DNA of 64,000 nucleotides from Agathobacter sp. GTDB lineage: Bacteria > Bacillota > Clostridia > Lachnospirales > Lachnospiraceae. The stretch is taken from contig JAZULP010000032.1 of the NCBI GenBank assembly GCA_045603165.1, forward strand, positions 5,667 to 69,666, read 5' to 3'. A program made the position numbers and the translations under genes. The notes beneath the pieces were generated by a model. It was not told where the DNA came from, did not search any database, and saw only the letters and a program-made list of their open reading frames with translations. Positions 1 through 10,455 of the stretch are shown piece after piece (position 1 is the first letter of the stretch; each line of letters starts with the position of its first letter).

Positions 1-1084
1 CTGGTGGAATTTCTGCACCAATATCTACATTATGGTACAGCATTCGTGCCAATGGCTTGTTTTCTACAATTTCTACGTTGTGTTCTCTGGCAACCTCTTT
101 GATTTTCTGTGCCAGATAATCCTCACCCTTAGCCAAAACAACCGGAGCTTTTGTTACCTCCGCATCATACTTGATTGCAACAGCAAAGTGCGTAGGGTTG
201 GTAATGACAACGTCTGCCTTAGGTACATCCTGCATCATACGTCTCTGTGAAGCCTCTCTCATCTTCTGTCTGATACGTCCTTTAATCTGTGGATCACCCT
301 CGGTATTTTTGTATTCATCCTTTACTTCCTGCTTAGTCATCTTCATCTCTTCGCTGAATTTAAATTTCTGATAAAAATAATCAGCAACTCCAATCACAAC
401 AAAGATAATACTGATTTCCAAGCCTGTATCTAGGATAATCTCACCCACTAAGGCAATTGCCTGCTTCAAATCTATTTCATATAATATAAATAAATCATTC
501 GCTTCCTCTACCAAATTGGTATATGCCACATAGAGAATCAAAGCTACTTTTACAATGGATTTTGCCAGCTCAAACAAGGAATCCTTGGAAAAAATACGTT
601 TGAATCCATTTATCGGATTAAACTTGGAAAGCTTTGGCTCCATCGTTTTGCTAGACACCTTCCATCCAACCTGATAAAGTGTTATCAAAAAAGTAATTAC
701 AAATCCAAACAAGAAAAATGGCCATACGATCACCAGTAGTTCAATGATCATATTGGACAATAATGTTGTAATTGCCACAACTGATAAGCCTGCCTGATTG
801 ACCTGTATAAATTCTCCGATTCTGCCAATGGATGCATCAAAAAGACCTATCATGTGCTCTCCCACATACCCGATAAAAATCTTTAAAAGCAAAAACAGAA
901 CAACAAGATCAAAACCTTCCGTCAAATCCTTACTTTTGGCAACCTTTCCTTCTTTTCGAGCATCATCTAATTTCTTCTGGGTTGCTGGCTCTGTCTTTTC
1001 GCCACCTTCACCATCTGCGAACCACTGCAGGTTATAAGGCAATATGAGGTTTTTTTTATAACGATCATCAATACATGCTTTCAA
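1..1084 (-). CDS. flhB: Flagellar export protein FlhB (3' end runs off the window)
   Basis: Not in the ORF track. Manual translation gives YNLQWFADGEGGEKTEPAT, EGDPQIKGRIRQ and the autocleavage motif VITNPTH. It follows fliR. Start is TTG at 1084 or 1042. Confidence 0.93.
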   Translation of the reverse strand, partial: MKACIDDRYKKNLILPYNLQWFADGEGGEKTEPATQKKLDDARKEGKVAKSKDLTEGFDLVVLFLLLKIFIGYVGEHMIGLFDASIGRIGEFIQVNQAGLSVVAITTLLSNMIIELLVIVWPFFLFGFVITFLITLYQVGWKVSSKTMEPKLSKFNPINGFKRIFSKDSLFELAKSIVKVALILYVAYTNLVEEANDLFILYEIDLKQAIALVGEIILDTGLEISIIFVVIGVADYFYQKFKFSEEMKMTKQEVKDEYKNTEGDPQIKGRIRQKMREASQRRMMQDVPKADVVITNPTHFAVAIKYDAEVTKAPVVLAKGEDYLAQKIKEVAREHNVEIVENKPLARMLYHNVDIGAEIPP

Positions 1085-1847
1085 TGAACAAAACCACCAT
1101 TTTCTTTATTTCATCAAACACCATATCTGATACACTCGGGAACAAAAATATGGTTAACAACAACACGATATATCCAGCCAGAATTTTCAACTGAATCCCA
1201 ATGGAAAACATATTCATCTGCGGAGCAACCTTCGCCATAATTCCCAAAATACAGTTCATAATCATAATAACTGCAAAAAATGGCAGGAAAATTCGAAACC
1301 CTATAACAAATAAATCCCCCATATAGGTTGTCATGGAGACCAATAGGCTGTCCCAGTCAAATACAGCTCCACCGATAGGTACTACATAAAAGGAGTCACA
1401 TACCGCACGAAAAATATAGTGATGCATATTCGTTGCAAGCAACATTGCAAACACCAGATAATAATACAGGTTACCTGTAACGGTCGTCTGGGTAGCCATA
1501 TCACGGTTAAATTCCTGTGCCATAGATAAGCCGATATCCATATCTATGATATTACCTGCAAACACAACAATAGAATTACAGATATTTGCTGCAAAACCAA
1601 TAAGCAAACCTGTAATTCCTTCTTTCAGCACAGTTACACCAAAGCCCATAACTCCCACATAATCCAAGGTTGGCTTTGGTACAACATTGTACAATATAAT
1701 CGCAGTTAAAAAGGATACTCCTATTTTCGCCTGTGCAGGTACTCCACCCTGTGAAAAGAATGGTGCCACAAACACAAAGCTTGCGATTCGAACCAAAATC
1801 AATAATATGTATTCATAATCTATTAATAAAAAACTTAAATCAATCAT
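1068..1847 (-). CDS. fliR: Flagellar export protein FliR
   Basis: Hydrophobic 259 aa protein with LKEGITGLLIGF and KVAPQMNMFSIG motifs, between fliQ and flhB. Confidence 0.95.
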   Translation of the reverse strand: MIDLSFLLIDYEYILLILVRIASFVFVAPFFSQGGVPAQAKIGVSFLTAIILYNVVPKPTLDYVGVMGFGVTVLKEGITGLLIGFAANICNSIVVFAGNIIDMDIGLSMAQEFNRDMATQTTVTGNLYYYLVFAMLLATNMHHYIFRAVCDSFYVVPIGGAVFDWDSLLVSMTTYMGDLFVIGFRIFLPFFAVIMIMNCILGIMAKVAPQMNMFSIGIQLKILAGYIVLLLTIFLFPSVSDMVFDEIKKMVVLFIESMY

Positions 1848-1853
1848 TGCCTA

Positions 1854-2129
1854 TCACATACTCGTATAATAACTGAAATTGGACCATAAAGTCTGTACCA
1901 TCTCAATCATTGTATTCATCATCCATGACCCTAATAGCATCATAGCAACAAACACTGCAAGAATTTTTGGCACAAAGGTCAAAGTCTGTTCCTGAATCGA
2001 TGTAACAGTCTGAAAAATACTAATAATCAAACCTACTATCAGCGATATCAGCAACAATGGTGCTGATACAATTACGATTGTATATATAGCATCTCTGGCA
2101 ATATCTAGTACCGCATCCTGTGTAATCAT
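1854..2129 (-). CDS. fliQ: Flagellar export protein FliQ
   Basis: IFQTVTSIQEQTLTFVPK signature. Confidence 0.96.
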   Translation of the reverse strand: MITQDAVLDIARDAIYTIVIVSAPLLLISLIVGLIISIFQTVTSIQEQTLTFVPKILAVFVAMMLLGSWMMNTMIEMVQTLWSNFSYYTSM

Positions 2130-2143
2130 ATCTTATCAACTCC

Positions 2144-2953
2144 TTAGTAAAATGTCTGCACCAGGTTCACTATCAACAGGTTCCATCCGTCAGCCAATAC
2201 AAACAACAATATCTTAAATGGTAACGATATCGTAGTCGGCGGCAACATCATCATACCCATGGACATCAAAACCGAAGATACTACCATATCGATAACAATA
2301 AACGGAATATAAATCAAAAAACCAATAATAAAGGCTGTTCGAAGTTCACTGATGATAAAGGCCGGAATATATGTAGTAAGAGGAATTTCTTCGTAGGATT
2401 CATAGGTTTCTCCTGAAATATCGATAAACAATTCCAGGTCCTTATCCTGTGTATATTTCATCATAAACTCACGAAGTGGTACCTCTGCTGCATCAAATAC
2501 CTGCTCGGTAGTCGTAATTTCACCTCTGTCTAAAGGCTCCATTACCGTAGTGTTCAACTGTTCTATCGTTGGCCACATAATAAAAAACGTCAAAAACAGT
2601 GCCAATCCAATTAAAACCTGATTTGGTGGCGCTGTTTGAGTTCCAATCGCCGTTCTTACAAAGTGTAATACGACAATGATTCTGGTATATGAAGTAAGCA
2701 TAATCAGAATCGAAGGAGCCAAGGTAATAATGGTTAACAGAAGCAATATTTCAACAGACGCCGATAGAGAGCCCTCGCCATTATCCACAGTCAAGTGAAT
2801 ACCATTGGCATCTGTATCCAAACCCGTTTCCTCCCCTACCTCTGCCGCATACATGACTGTAGGACTGGTTATGGAGTATGCAATTGTAAATACTAATACA
2901 CATACTGCAAACACAAATGAAAATCTGCAGAAATGTTTCTTAAATTTTTTCAT
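2144..2953 (-). CDS. fliP: Flagellar export protein FliP
   Basis: TSYTRIIVVL, PPNQVLIGLALFLT and MGMMMLPP motifs. Confidence 0.96.
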   Translation of the reverse strand: MKKFKKHFCRFSFVFAVCVLVFTIAYSITSPTVMYAAEVGEETGLDTDANGIHLTVDNGEGSLSASVEILLLLTIITLAPSILIMLTSYTRIIVVLHFVRTAIGTQTAPPNQVLIGLALFLTFFIMWPTIEQLNTTVMEPLDRGEITTTEQVFDAAEVPLREFMMKYTQDKDLELFIDISGETYESYEEIPLTTYIPAFIISELRTAFIIGFLIYIPFIVIDMVVSSVLMSMGMMMLPPTTISLPFKILLFVLADGWNLLIVNLVQTFY

Positions 2954-2976
2954 ATGTTTCCTATTTCAATTTCTAA

Positions 2977-3393
2977 TTACTGTTTATTATCATTGGATTT
3001 TACGGACATTTTATCCTTTAACTGTCCCAAAATCTCTTGGAAGGATTCTGTTCCAATACTGGAACTGCACACTTCATCCTGAAAAGAAAGATCTGTCAAC
3101 TGATCCTCTGTCAGAGTTGCCAAAGGATGTATCTCATCCTTTCCAATCGAAAGCACAAGATATACACTTCCAGCTCGAACAAGAGAAATCATCTTGTTTG
3201 CTCCTGCTGGAATCGTTTCTAACATTTGAAGATTTTTACTTTTCATGCGTACTTTTTGATATCCGCCTACCCACTTTGCTGTTAAATATGTAATAAAAAG
3301 TACAAAAACAAAAATAAGTAAAGTAACCATAAGCTTTAAAAAGCTTTCTATTGAGGCGGATAGCATAAGATTTGGAATATTTAAAATCTGCAT
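2977..3393 (-). CDS. fliO: Flagellar biosynthesis protein FliO
   Basis: One N-terminal TM segment plus a short beta domain, located between cheY and fliP. Confidence 0.8.
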   Translation of the reverse strand: MQILNIPNLMLSASIESFLKLMVTLLIFVFVLFITYLTAKWVGGYQKVRMKSKNLQMLETIPAGANKMISLVRAGSVYLVLSIGKDEIHPLATLTEDQLTDLSFQDEVCSSSIGTESFQEILGQLKDKMSVKSNDNKQ

Positions 3394-3394
3394 A

Positions 3395-3763
3395 TTAACC
3401 TACTACTTTTTTCACTGCTTCTATTACTCTATCTGGTTGGAAAGGCTTAACAATAAAATCTCTTGCACCTGCCTGAATGGATTCAATCACCATCGCCTGC
3501 TGCCCCATTGCTGAGCACATAATAACATTGGAAGCAGGATCAACTTCTTTAATTTTCTTTAAAGCCTGAATTCCATCCATTTCTGGCATTGTAATATCCA
3601 TAAGTACCAAATCTGGCTTTAACTCTACATATTGTTCAACTGCAAGAACTCCATTTTCTGCTTCACCCACTACATTATAACCATTTTTTGTTAGAATATC
3701 TCTAATCATCATTCTCATAAAAGCTGCATCATCACATATTAAAATATTTTTTCCCATTCTCAT
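3395..3763 (-). CDS. cheY: Chemotaxis response regulator CheY
   Basis: Single receiver domain with DDAAFMR, MDITMP and FIVKPF, in the Firmicute fliY-cheY-fliO order. Confidence 0.93.
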   Translation of the reverse strand: MRMGKNILICDDAAFMRMMIRDILTKNGYNVVGEAENGVLAVEQYVELKPDLVLMDITMPEMDGIQALKKIKEVDPASNVIMCSAMGQQAMVIESIQAGARDFIVKPFQPDRVIEAVKKVVG

Positions 3764-3777
3764 TCTCCTAAATAATT

Positions 3778-4944
3778 TTATTGTTGTTGTATTGGTAATG
3801 TGTTCACAATTTCTGTAATTCGAACACCAAAGCTTTCTTCAATAACAACAACTTCACCTTTTGCTACATTTTTGCCATTTACAAGAACGTCAATCGGCTC
3901 ACCTGCAAGTCTGTTTAATTCAATAATTTTACCTGGTCCAAAGTCCAGAATATCAGAAATTGATTTGCTGGTTCTTCCCAATTCTACGGTAACCTGCAAT
4001 GGCACATCCATAATAAGATTTATATTTTCAGGCTGATAAGCAGCTATTGGAACATTGGAAAAGGCTCCAAATTGTGCTGGCTGCACATTGACCGGCTGCT
4101 GCATCATAGGCTGTCCCATCATCTGCTGTCCCATCATCGGTTGCCCCATCATAGGCTGTGCTGTCATATCTGGCATCGGTGCTGCTGTCGCCGCTGTCGA
4201 TGCAGCCGCTGGTGTTGGTGTCGCCGCTGGTGTTGGTGTCGCCTCTAAAGTCATTTTAGCTTCTTCTGCACTCTTATTATCCATCTCCATAGTACGTGTT
4301 ACCGCATCGCACATTTCCCTTGCAAAAGAGATTGGATAGAGCTGCATAATTTCGCTATCTACCAAATCACCAATTTCCATACGGAAGGTAATACGAACAA
4401 ATTCCTTTGACAGGAATTCATCAATTGCCGACTCATCCACCGGATCACGTAAATCAATTAAATCAGCCATAGGTGGACTAATATCAATGGTTTTATTCAG
4501 CATAGAGGAAAGGGATGTAGACGCAGAACCCATCATCTGATTCATGGCCTCACTAATTGCACTTAAATGCAATTCGCCCAGCTCCACATCTATATTGGTA
4601 CCATCACCACCCATCATAAGGTCTGTAATAATTTTTACGTCGTTTTCTTTTAAAACTAAAACATTACTTCCATCAAGACCTTCCGTATAGGCAATTCGAA
4701 TAAATACACATGGGCGTTCGTAAGCTTTTGCCAAATCATCCCATGTTGCATATGATACAACTGGTGTTGAAATTTCCACCTTACGATTAACCAAGGCAAA
4801 TAATGTTGTTGCCGCTGTCCCCATACTAATGTTGGAAATCTCTCCAATAGCATCTTTTTCAATATCTGTTAATCCATCCGTTTTTTCATCAACGCCACCA
4901 TTTAACAATGCGCTGATTTCTTCCTGAGATAATACTCCGTCCAT
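3778..4944 (-). CDS. fliY: Flagellar motor switch phosphatase FliY
   Basis: Two CheC-type E-x-x-N motifs (EISNI, EAMNQ) plus a C-terminal FliN/SpoA domain (GEVVVIEESFGVRIT). Confidence 0.93.
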   Translation of the reverse strand: MDGVLSQEEISALLNGGVDEKTDGLTDIEKDAIGEISNISMGTAATTLFALVNRKVEISTPVVSYATWDDLAKAYERPCVFIRIAYTEGLDGSNVLVLKENDVKIITDLMMGGDGTNIDVELGELHLSAISEAMNQMMGSASTSLSSMLNKTIDISPPMADLIDLRDPVDESAIDEFLSKEFVRITFRMEIGDLVDSEIMQLYPISFAREMCDAVTRTMEMDNKSAEEAKMTLEATPTPAATPTPAAASTAATAAPMPDMTAQPMMGQPMMGQQMMGQPMMQQPVNVQPAQFGAFSNVPIAAYQPENINLIMDVPLQVTVELGRTSKSISDILDFGPGKIIELNRLAGEPIDVLVNGKNVAKGEVVVIEESFGVRITEIVNTLPIQQQ

Positions 4945-4951
4945 ACCCTAT

Positions 4952-5932
4952 TTACTCCTCTCTGACCACTTCTGTGATTCTGACCGCATAATTATCACCA
5001 GATGCACCCGGCAATGCAGCGAATTTTCTAATATTTCCTACATATACATCAAGTTCTTCTTCTGCCTTTCGGTCAAGACGAATGATATCCCCCACTTGAA
5101 GCATAGAAAAATCACTTACGGAAATCATACTGTTGCCTAATACAGCTTTTATAGGAATTTGTGCTCTTCGAATGAGGCTCTCAATCGCGTCTGCATAATT
5201 CACTTCATCATATTGCTGCATATTCGAATACCAGTACTTCGTGTTCAATTTATCAATTACATCCTCCACCGTCATGTATGGAAGACAAATATTCATCAAG
5301 CCTTCTACATCTCCAATTTTCATATTGATTGTAATAATCGCAATCATTTCACTTGGAGCGATAATCTGTGCATATTGGGAATTGGTTTCGATACGTTCCA
5401 TCCTAGGATGTATCTCTACCACGTTCTGCCATGGATCATGCAAAAGATTGACACATACCACAAAGATTCGCTCAAGAATCAGTAGCTCAATTTCCGAAAA
5501 CTCACGAGACTTTTCCATTGGCTCACCTTTTCCACCTAGCATACGATCTACCATCGCAAATCCCAGCTTTGTTGCCATGTCTATAATAATTTTTCCCTGT
5601 AACGGTTCGAAATTGACGATACCAAGCAATACTGGATTGGAAAGCGCATTGGAAAATTCCTGATACGTAACCGCTTCTGAATTCATAACCTCGATTTGGA
5701 CACTTTTTCTTAAATACACTGGAAGGTTGGTTGATAATAGTCTTCCATAGTGTTCAAAGATAATTTCCAGAGTTCGAAGATGTTCCTTCGAGAATTTGGA
5801 TGGTCGCGCAAAATCATATTCTTTTACCTGTTTTTTCTCACTATCGTCTTTAATTTCATCAGCATCTAACTCGCCAGTGCTAAGCGCGTTTAATAATGCG
5901 TCTATCTCATTTTGAGATAAAACATCACTCAT
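4952..5932 (-). CDS. fliM: Flagellar motor switch protein FliM
   Basis: N-terminal CheY-binding peptide LSQNEIDALL and YDFARPSKFSKEHLR. Confidence 0.96.
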   Translation of the reverse strand: MSDVLSQNEIDALLNALSTGELDADEIKDDSEKKQVKEYDFARPSKFSKEHLRTLEIIFEHYGRLLSTNLPVYLRKSVQIEVMNSEAVTYQEFSNALSNPVLLGIVNFEPLQGKIIIDMATKLGFAMVDRMLGGKGEPMEKSREFSEIELLILERIFVVCVNLLHDPWQNVVEIHPRMERIETNSQYAQIIAPSEMIAIITINMKIGDVEGLMNICLPYMTVEDVIDKLNTKYWYSNMQQYDEVNYADAIESLIRRAQIPIKAVLGNSMISVSDFSMLQVGDIIRLDRKAEEELDVYVGNIRKFAALPGASGDNYAVRITEVVREE

Positions 5933-5971
5933 CCTCTATTCACCACCTATAAAGCAAATTTATTTCCCTGA

Positions 5972-6484
5972 TTAATCAAATGTAAAGGTAGGGAAACTAA
6001 TACCAACAACGTATTCACTGCCAAAGTCTTTTTTCAAAATCTCTAAGATTTCTTCCTTAACGATATCACTGTTGGCAGATAATTCCTCTTTTGAATATTG
6101 GCTGATACTTTCACGAACCGCATCCTTAATCAAAGCTTCTTTCGTGGATAATAGCGTTGTTCCAGCACCACCTTCTTTGTATTCTTCACTTTCGTTATTC
6201 ACAGAAATTGCTATAGCAACAACTGCATATTTACCATCTGCAAGGTTTACTGTCATAGTCGCGCCCTCTGCCACGTTATACACCTCAATCTGTGACATTG
6301 GTAAATTGGATAAACCAGTTGCTGCACCACTATTTAATTCTAAATCAATCGCTTCACAAACCTTTGTAATCATATCATTTGCCTTCTGAGCCTGCGGCAT
6401 CATGGTAAACATAAGAATTGCTGTCAATACAAAGTTCGCAAATACCAAAGCCAAAATGATTACTGTCATTAGATTTTTCTTCAT
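5972..6484 (-). CDS. fliL: Flagellar basal body-associated protein FliL
   Basis: N-terminal TM, MTVNLAD motif, between motB and fliM. Confidence 0.82.
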   Translation of the reverse strand: MKKNLMTVIILALVFANFVLTAILMFTMMPQAQKANDMITKVCEAIDLELNSGAATGLSNLPMSQIEVYNVAEGATMTVNLADGKYAVVAIAISVNNESEEYKEGGAGTTLLSTKEALIKDAVRESISQYSKEELSANSDIVKEEILEILKKDFGSEYVVGISFPTFTFD

Positions 6485-6498
6485 AAGATATTTCCCCT

Positions 6499-7311
6499 CT
6501 ATTCGTCAATATTAGAACTATAGGAATTGTAAATTTTAATTACAACTCGACGATTTCTTGCTCTACCTTCCGCAGTGGTATTATTCGCAACAGGTACAAA
6601 ATCACCCCTGCCAGAGGATTTAATATATGCGGGATTTAAATCCGTAGCTTCTCGAATAAAATTCGCTACAGATAATGCGCGATACATAGACAATACATCG
6701 TTGTCTTCATATCTATTTGTATTAGACATTGGAACATTGTCCGTATGTCCTTCTACTTCAATTATATTCTTATCATAGTGCTCTAGCACCAAAGCAATCT
6801 TATTTAATATGGTTTCAGCCTCTGGCAGCACCTCCGCCATACCAGATTCAAAAAGAATAGCACCGCTTAAATTCAACATGACATACTGCTCATCAAAATC
6901 GACTTCTACTGCATTGGATAATCCCAACTCATCTACCGCATTTTGGACATTCTCTGCCATCTCTTCGGATTCCGCCAGAGCATCTTCCTTGTACTGCTCC
7001 TTGCTATTTCCTGTTTCTTCCTGCTTCTCATCCTCGGAGTCTTCTACTTCTTCATAATATTGATCCATGAACTCCAGCTGACGAATACCTCCACCCACTA
7101 AGTCTCCATCTCCAATGGTTGTTCCACCCTTTTCAAAAATACTGACTTGAGACTGAAGTGAAGCAATTACCTGCTGGAACTTTTCTTCACTAACTGTAGA
7201 CATGGAAAATAATAGTACGAAGAAGCAAAGAAGCAGGTTCATAAGATCCGAAAACGTCGCCATCCATGCCGGCGAGCCTTTTGGAGCCTCAGCTTCTTTT
7301 TTCTTTGCCAC
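6499..7311 (-). CDS. motB: Flagellar stator protein MotB
   Basis: WMATFSDLMNLLLCFFVLL TM segment and an OmpA-like domain (VEGHTD, RARNRRV). Confidence 0.95.
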   Translation of the reverse strand: MAKKKEAEAPKGSPAWMATFSDLMNLLLCFFVLLFSMSTVSEEKFQQVIASLQSQVSIFEKGGTTIGDGDLVGGGIRQLEFMDQYYEEVEDSEDEKQEETGNSKEQYKEDALAESEEMAENVQNAVDELGLSNAVEVDFDEQYVMLNLSGAILFESGMAEVLPEAETILNKIALVLEHYDKNIIEVEGHTDNVPMSNTNRYEDNDVLSMYRALSVANFIREATDLNPAYIKSSGRGDFVPVANNTTAEGRARNRRVVIKIYNSYSSNIDE

Positions 7312-8117
7312 TACTCGTCACCTCCAACCGAATCCTGTTCAGCAAACTGTGCACGCACAGTAGGTGAAAGGAAGGATTTGAGCTTTTCTTCAATAACACG
7401 TGGATTCTCCCCTGCCTGAATAGAAAGAAGACCTTCAATGGTGATTTCTCTCATCACAACCTCTAATGCATCGTTTGCTTTTAATTTATAAGAAATCGGA
7501 ATACACATCCAGTTAGCAATCAAGGAACCATACAAGGTGGTAAGGAGTGCTACTGCCATCTGTGGACCAATAGCATCTGGGTCACTTAACATTTTTAACA
7601 TGTTAATCAAACCAATCAACGTTCCAATCATACCCCATGCAGGGCCCATTTCTGCCCATTTCTCCCAGAAGCCAACTACCTTACCATGTCTATCTTGTAA
7701 GCAGTAAAGGTCAGTCTCTAGAATACCTCGAACCAGCTCTGGATCAGTACCATCTACTACCAACATAATGCCCTTTTTAAAAAAATCGTCCTCAATATTA
7801 TTGGCAGCCTCTTCTAATGCCAGAAGACCTTCTTTACGACCGATATTAGATAATTCAATAACCTGTTTAATTACCTGTCCCGGATCCATAACCCTATCCT
7901 GGAAAGGAAGCGCGATAGACTTAAATCCATTGATAAAGTCTGGCATCTTGTGCGCGGTTAAAACAGATGCAATGGAACCACCGATTGTAATAAATACAGA
8001 TGGTATATCGATAAAGTTCCCGAAAGAATCAAGTCCACCACTGGACCAGATACCGAAAATAACCATTGCGAAACCTAAAACTATACCTCCAAGAGATGCT
8101 ATATCCATATGAAACAC
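7311..8117 (-). CDS. motA: Flagellar stator protein MotA
   Basis: RKEGLLALE, GPAWGMIGTLIGL and ALLTTLYG motifs. Confidence 0.95.
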   Translation of the reverse strand: MFHMDIASLGGIVLGFAMVIFGIWSSGGLDSFGNFIDIPSVFITIGGSIASVLTAHKMPDFINGFKSIALPFQDRVMDPGQVIKQVIELSNIGRKEGLLALEEAANNIEDDFFKKGIMLVVDGTDPELVRGILETDLYCLQDRHGKVVGFWEKWAEMGPAWGMIGTLIGLINMLKMLSDPDAIGPQMAVALLTTLYGSLIANWMCIPISYKLKANDALEVVMREITIEGLLSIQAGENPRVIEEKLKSFLSPTVRAQFAEQDSVGGDE

Positions 8118-8187
8118 CTTCCAAAAACATTATTTGGCTAAAAAAGGACATACTTTCACACACTATGTCACATTAACCCTTTCTATG

Positions 8188-8216
8188 ATTTTACTAAACT
8201 TTATGCAAATTGTCTA
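8188..8216 (-). promoter_or_regulatory. Sigma-A-type promoter for motA and downstream genes
   Basis: TAGACA-17 nt-TAAAAT on the minus strand. Confidence 0.5.
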
Positions 8217-8283
8217 CTTTCTTTTGTCCAAAAAAGTCGAATTTTTACCAAATTCTTGCACAATTTTGAAAATATTTAAAAAT

Positions 8284-8316
8284 AAAAGGGAAACGAAGAA
8301 TATCGCTTCCCTTTTT
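8284..8316 (-). terminator. Intrinsic terminator after flgE
   Basis: Hairpin aaaagggaa..ttcccttttt with A/T tails on both sides. Confidence 0.55.
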
Positions 8317-8346
8317 CTGGTAATTTTTTAATTAAAAACCTCTAGA

Positions 8347-9933
8347 TTATCTCTTAAGGTTAATAAGTTCCTCTAAAAGTGTATCTGACGTTGTAATAAC
8401 ACGTGAGTTAGCCTGGAAACCACGCTGTGTAATAATCATATCGGTAAACTGTGCAGAAAGGTCAACGTTGGACATTTCCAATTCTCCAGTTGAAATAGAA
8501 CTACCATCCGCTGTGATTTCTACACCAATACCATCGAAATCACCAGAGTTGAGGGTCGTCTGATAACAGTTGTCACCAACCTTTTCAAGACCAGATGCAT
8601 TGGAGAACTGTGCGACTGCCACCTGGCAGAGAACTACAGTATTACCATTGTCATACGAACCATAAACCTTACCACTGGTATCTACTGAAATACCTGTTAA
8701 GGCACCAAGCTTCTTACCCGCACCATCACCATCGATACCCTTTAAAGCACCCATGGTAGAGGTTCCACCATTGTTTAAGTTCATGCAGTCTGAAAAATCA
8801 ATTTCAATATCCTTGAAGTTACTACCACCACCAATGATATTAGAAAGGAACTGACTCATATTTAATACAATCGAATCATTTGCCTGTGGTGCTACACCAT
8901 CATCAGGATTATCATCTGGAGTTCTACCAACAGATACGAATTCACCATTATCCGGATTAAACTCAATAACACATGCCTGATTGTTTCCATCATCAATCAA
9001 ATCAATCAAATCTGGTTCTGAAGCTTCACCAGTATCACGTCTTATCCAGTTGCCAGTTGCAGTCTGTTCTACAACATAACCTTCTGCATCAACAATTTCA
9101 CCATTTACTTTACGATATTGACAAATCAAATTATCAAAAGTAATTGGAGCTTGACCCTGACCTTCTGCCATTTCGTTATAGGCTTCTAAATATTCTTCGC
9201 CATTGGCATCCAAAATACTAGTTAATTCTACAGTATATTTACCTTTATCATTTGCTTCATTTCCTGTAGAAAGAGGTCTTACTGCAAATTTTGCTGTATA
9301 TGAATATCCTAAGTCATCATAAAAACTCAATGTCATAGCATATCCATCATCGCTAGTTACGTTGGTATCATTTTTATCTAAGATACCGGATACGGCACCC
9401 TTTGTAGTAGCTTCTGGTGCAGATGTCTGATTTGCTGCAGACATAACCTGTAAAGCTGATACTGTATCTTTTTTGATTTCGCCTGTAGTAGGATCAATCT
9501 GCCAGCCCATCAATGTATAACCAGTAGATGTCATACAGAGGAATCCGTTACCATCTACATAGTAAGAACCAGAACGAGTAAAGAATGTGTTGGTTCCATC
9601 ACTCACGATGAAAAAGTTGGTAGATTGGCTGTCTGTTAATTTTAAGTCAAATGGATTACCTGTTGTTTCTGCAGCACCTGCTGTTGTAATCGCTATAGAT
9701 GTTGCACCTGTTGCAACACCAAGACCAATCTGTTTTGCATTGACACCACCAATACCTGTTGCAGCGTTTCCACCTGATGCAGATGATGTGGTCTGATACA
9801 TAATTTCACTAAATGTTACACGGGATGATTTAAATGCTTCTGTGTTAACGTTGGCAATATTGTTACCAATAACGTCCATTCTTGTCTGATGTGTCTTAAG
9901 ACCTGACACAGCAGAATAAAGTGATCTCATCAT
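8347..9933 (-). CDS. flgE: Flagellar hook protein FlgE
   Basis: MDVIGNNIANVNT N-terminus and LEMSNVDLSAQFTDMIITQRGFQAN C-terminus; follows flgD. Confidence 0.93.
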   Translation of the reverse strand: MMRSLYSAVSGLKTHQTRMDVIGNNIANVNTEAFKSSRVTFSEIMYQTTSSASGGNAATGIGGVNAKQIGLGVATGATSIAITTAGAAETTGNPFDLKLTDSQSTNFFIVSDGTNTFFTRSGSYYVDGNGFLCMTSTGYTLMGWQIDPTTGEIKKDTVSALQVMSAANQTSAPEATTKGAVSGILDKNDTNVTSDDGYAMTLSFYDDLGYSYTAKFAVRPLSTGNEANDKGKYTVELTSILDANGEEYLEAYNEMAEGQGQAPITFDNLICQYRKVNGEIVDAEGYVVEQTATGNWIRRDTGEASEPDLIDLIDDGNNQACVIEFNPDNGEFVSVGRTPDDNPDDGVAPQANDSIVLNMSQFLSNIIGGGSNFKDIEIDFSDCMNLNNGGTSTMGALKGIDGDGAGKKLGALTGISVDTSGKVYGSYDNGNTVVLCQVAVAQFSNASGLEKVGDNCYQTTLNSGDFDGIGVEITADGSSISTGELEMSNVDLSAQFTDMIITQRGFQANSRVITTSDTLLEELINLKR

Positions 9934-10011
9934 AATTAAATGACCTCCTAATTAGTGGGCAGTTTTGTTTTCTTCTGTCATTCAGAAAACATTAGCTTCC
10001 TTAAGGTCCAG

Positions 10012-10422
10012 CTAAATAATGACTGCTCCATCGATATTTGTAAAAATATTACTATTTGCTTCAGTCTGATCCAAAGCCGTAACTACCGTTTTGTTTGGTA
10101 CATTTACGATAAATGCTAGAGAATCGACTAAAACCAAGGATTCTGTAATCCCTTTTTCGCCTGCCTGTTTTACTCCATTTTCCAACCGAACATTCTGGGC
10201 ATCGGTAAGTAAAATATTTCTGTCATTCAACCGATTCGCTGCATGCTTAGAAAATTTCAATTCCGAGGTTCCCATTACTGCTTCGTTCTGTTTCTGTCTT
10301 AACACATCCTCAAAGGATATGTCTGACACAACAGTAGCTTTTGTATTCTGATTTTTATTCAGATACTGGTCGGTTATCTGCTCAATGGATAAAAACTGGT
10401 TGGATATCTGATTCATAATCAA
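10012..10422 (-). CDS. Flagellar operon protein (TIGR02530-like)
   Basis: LKFSKHAANRL and IFTNIDGAVII motifs, between flgD and flgE. Confidence 0.85.
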   Translation of the reverse strand: MIMNQISNQFLSIEQITDQYLNKNQNTKATVVSDISFEDVLRQKQNEAVMGTSELKFSKHAANRLNDRNILLTDAQNVRLENGVKQAGEKGITESLVLVDSLAFIVNVPNKTVVTALDQTEANSNIFTNIDGAVII

Positions 10423-10455
10423 ACCTCCATTACCGTTAAATTTTTATACTGTTGT

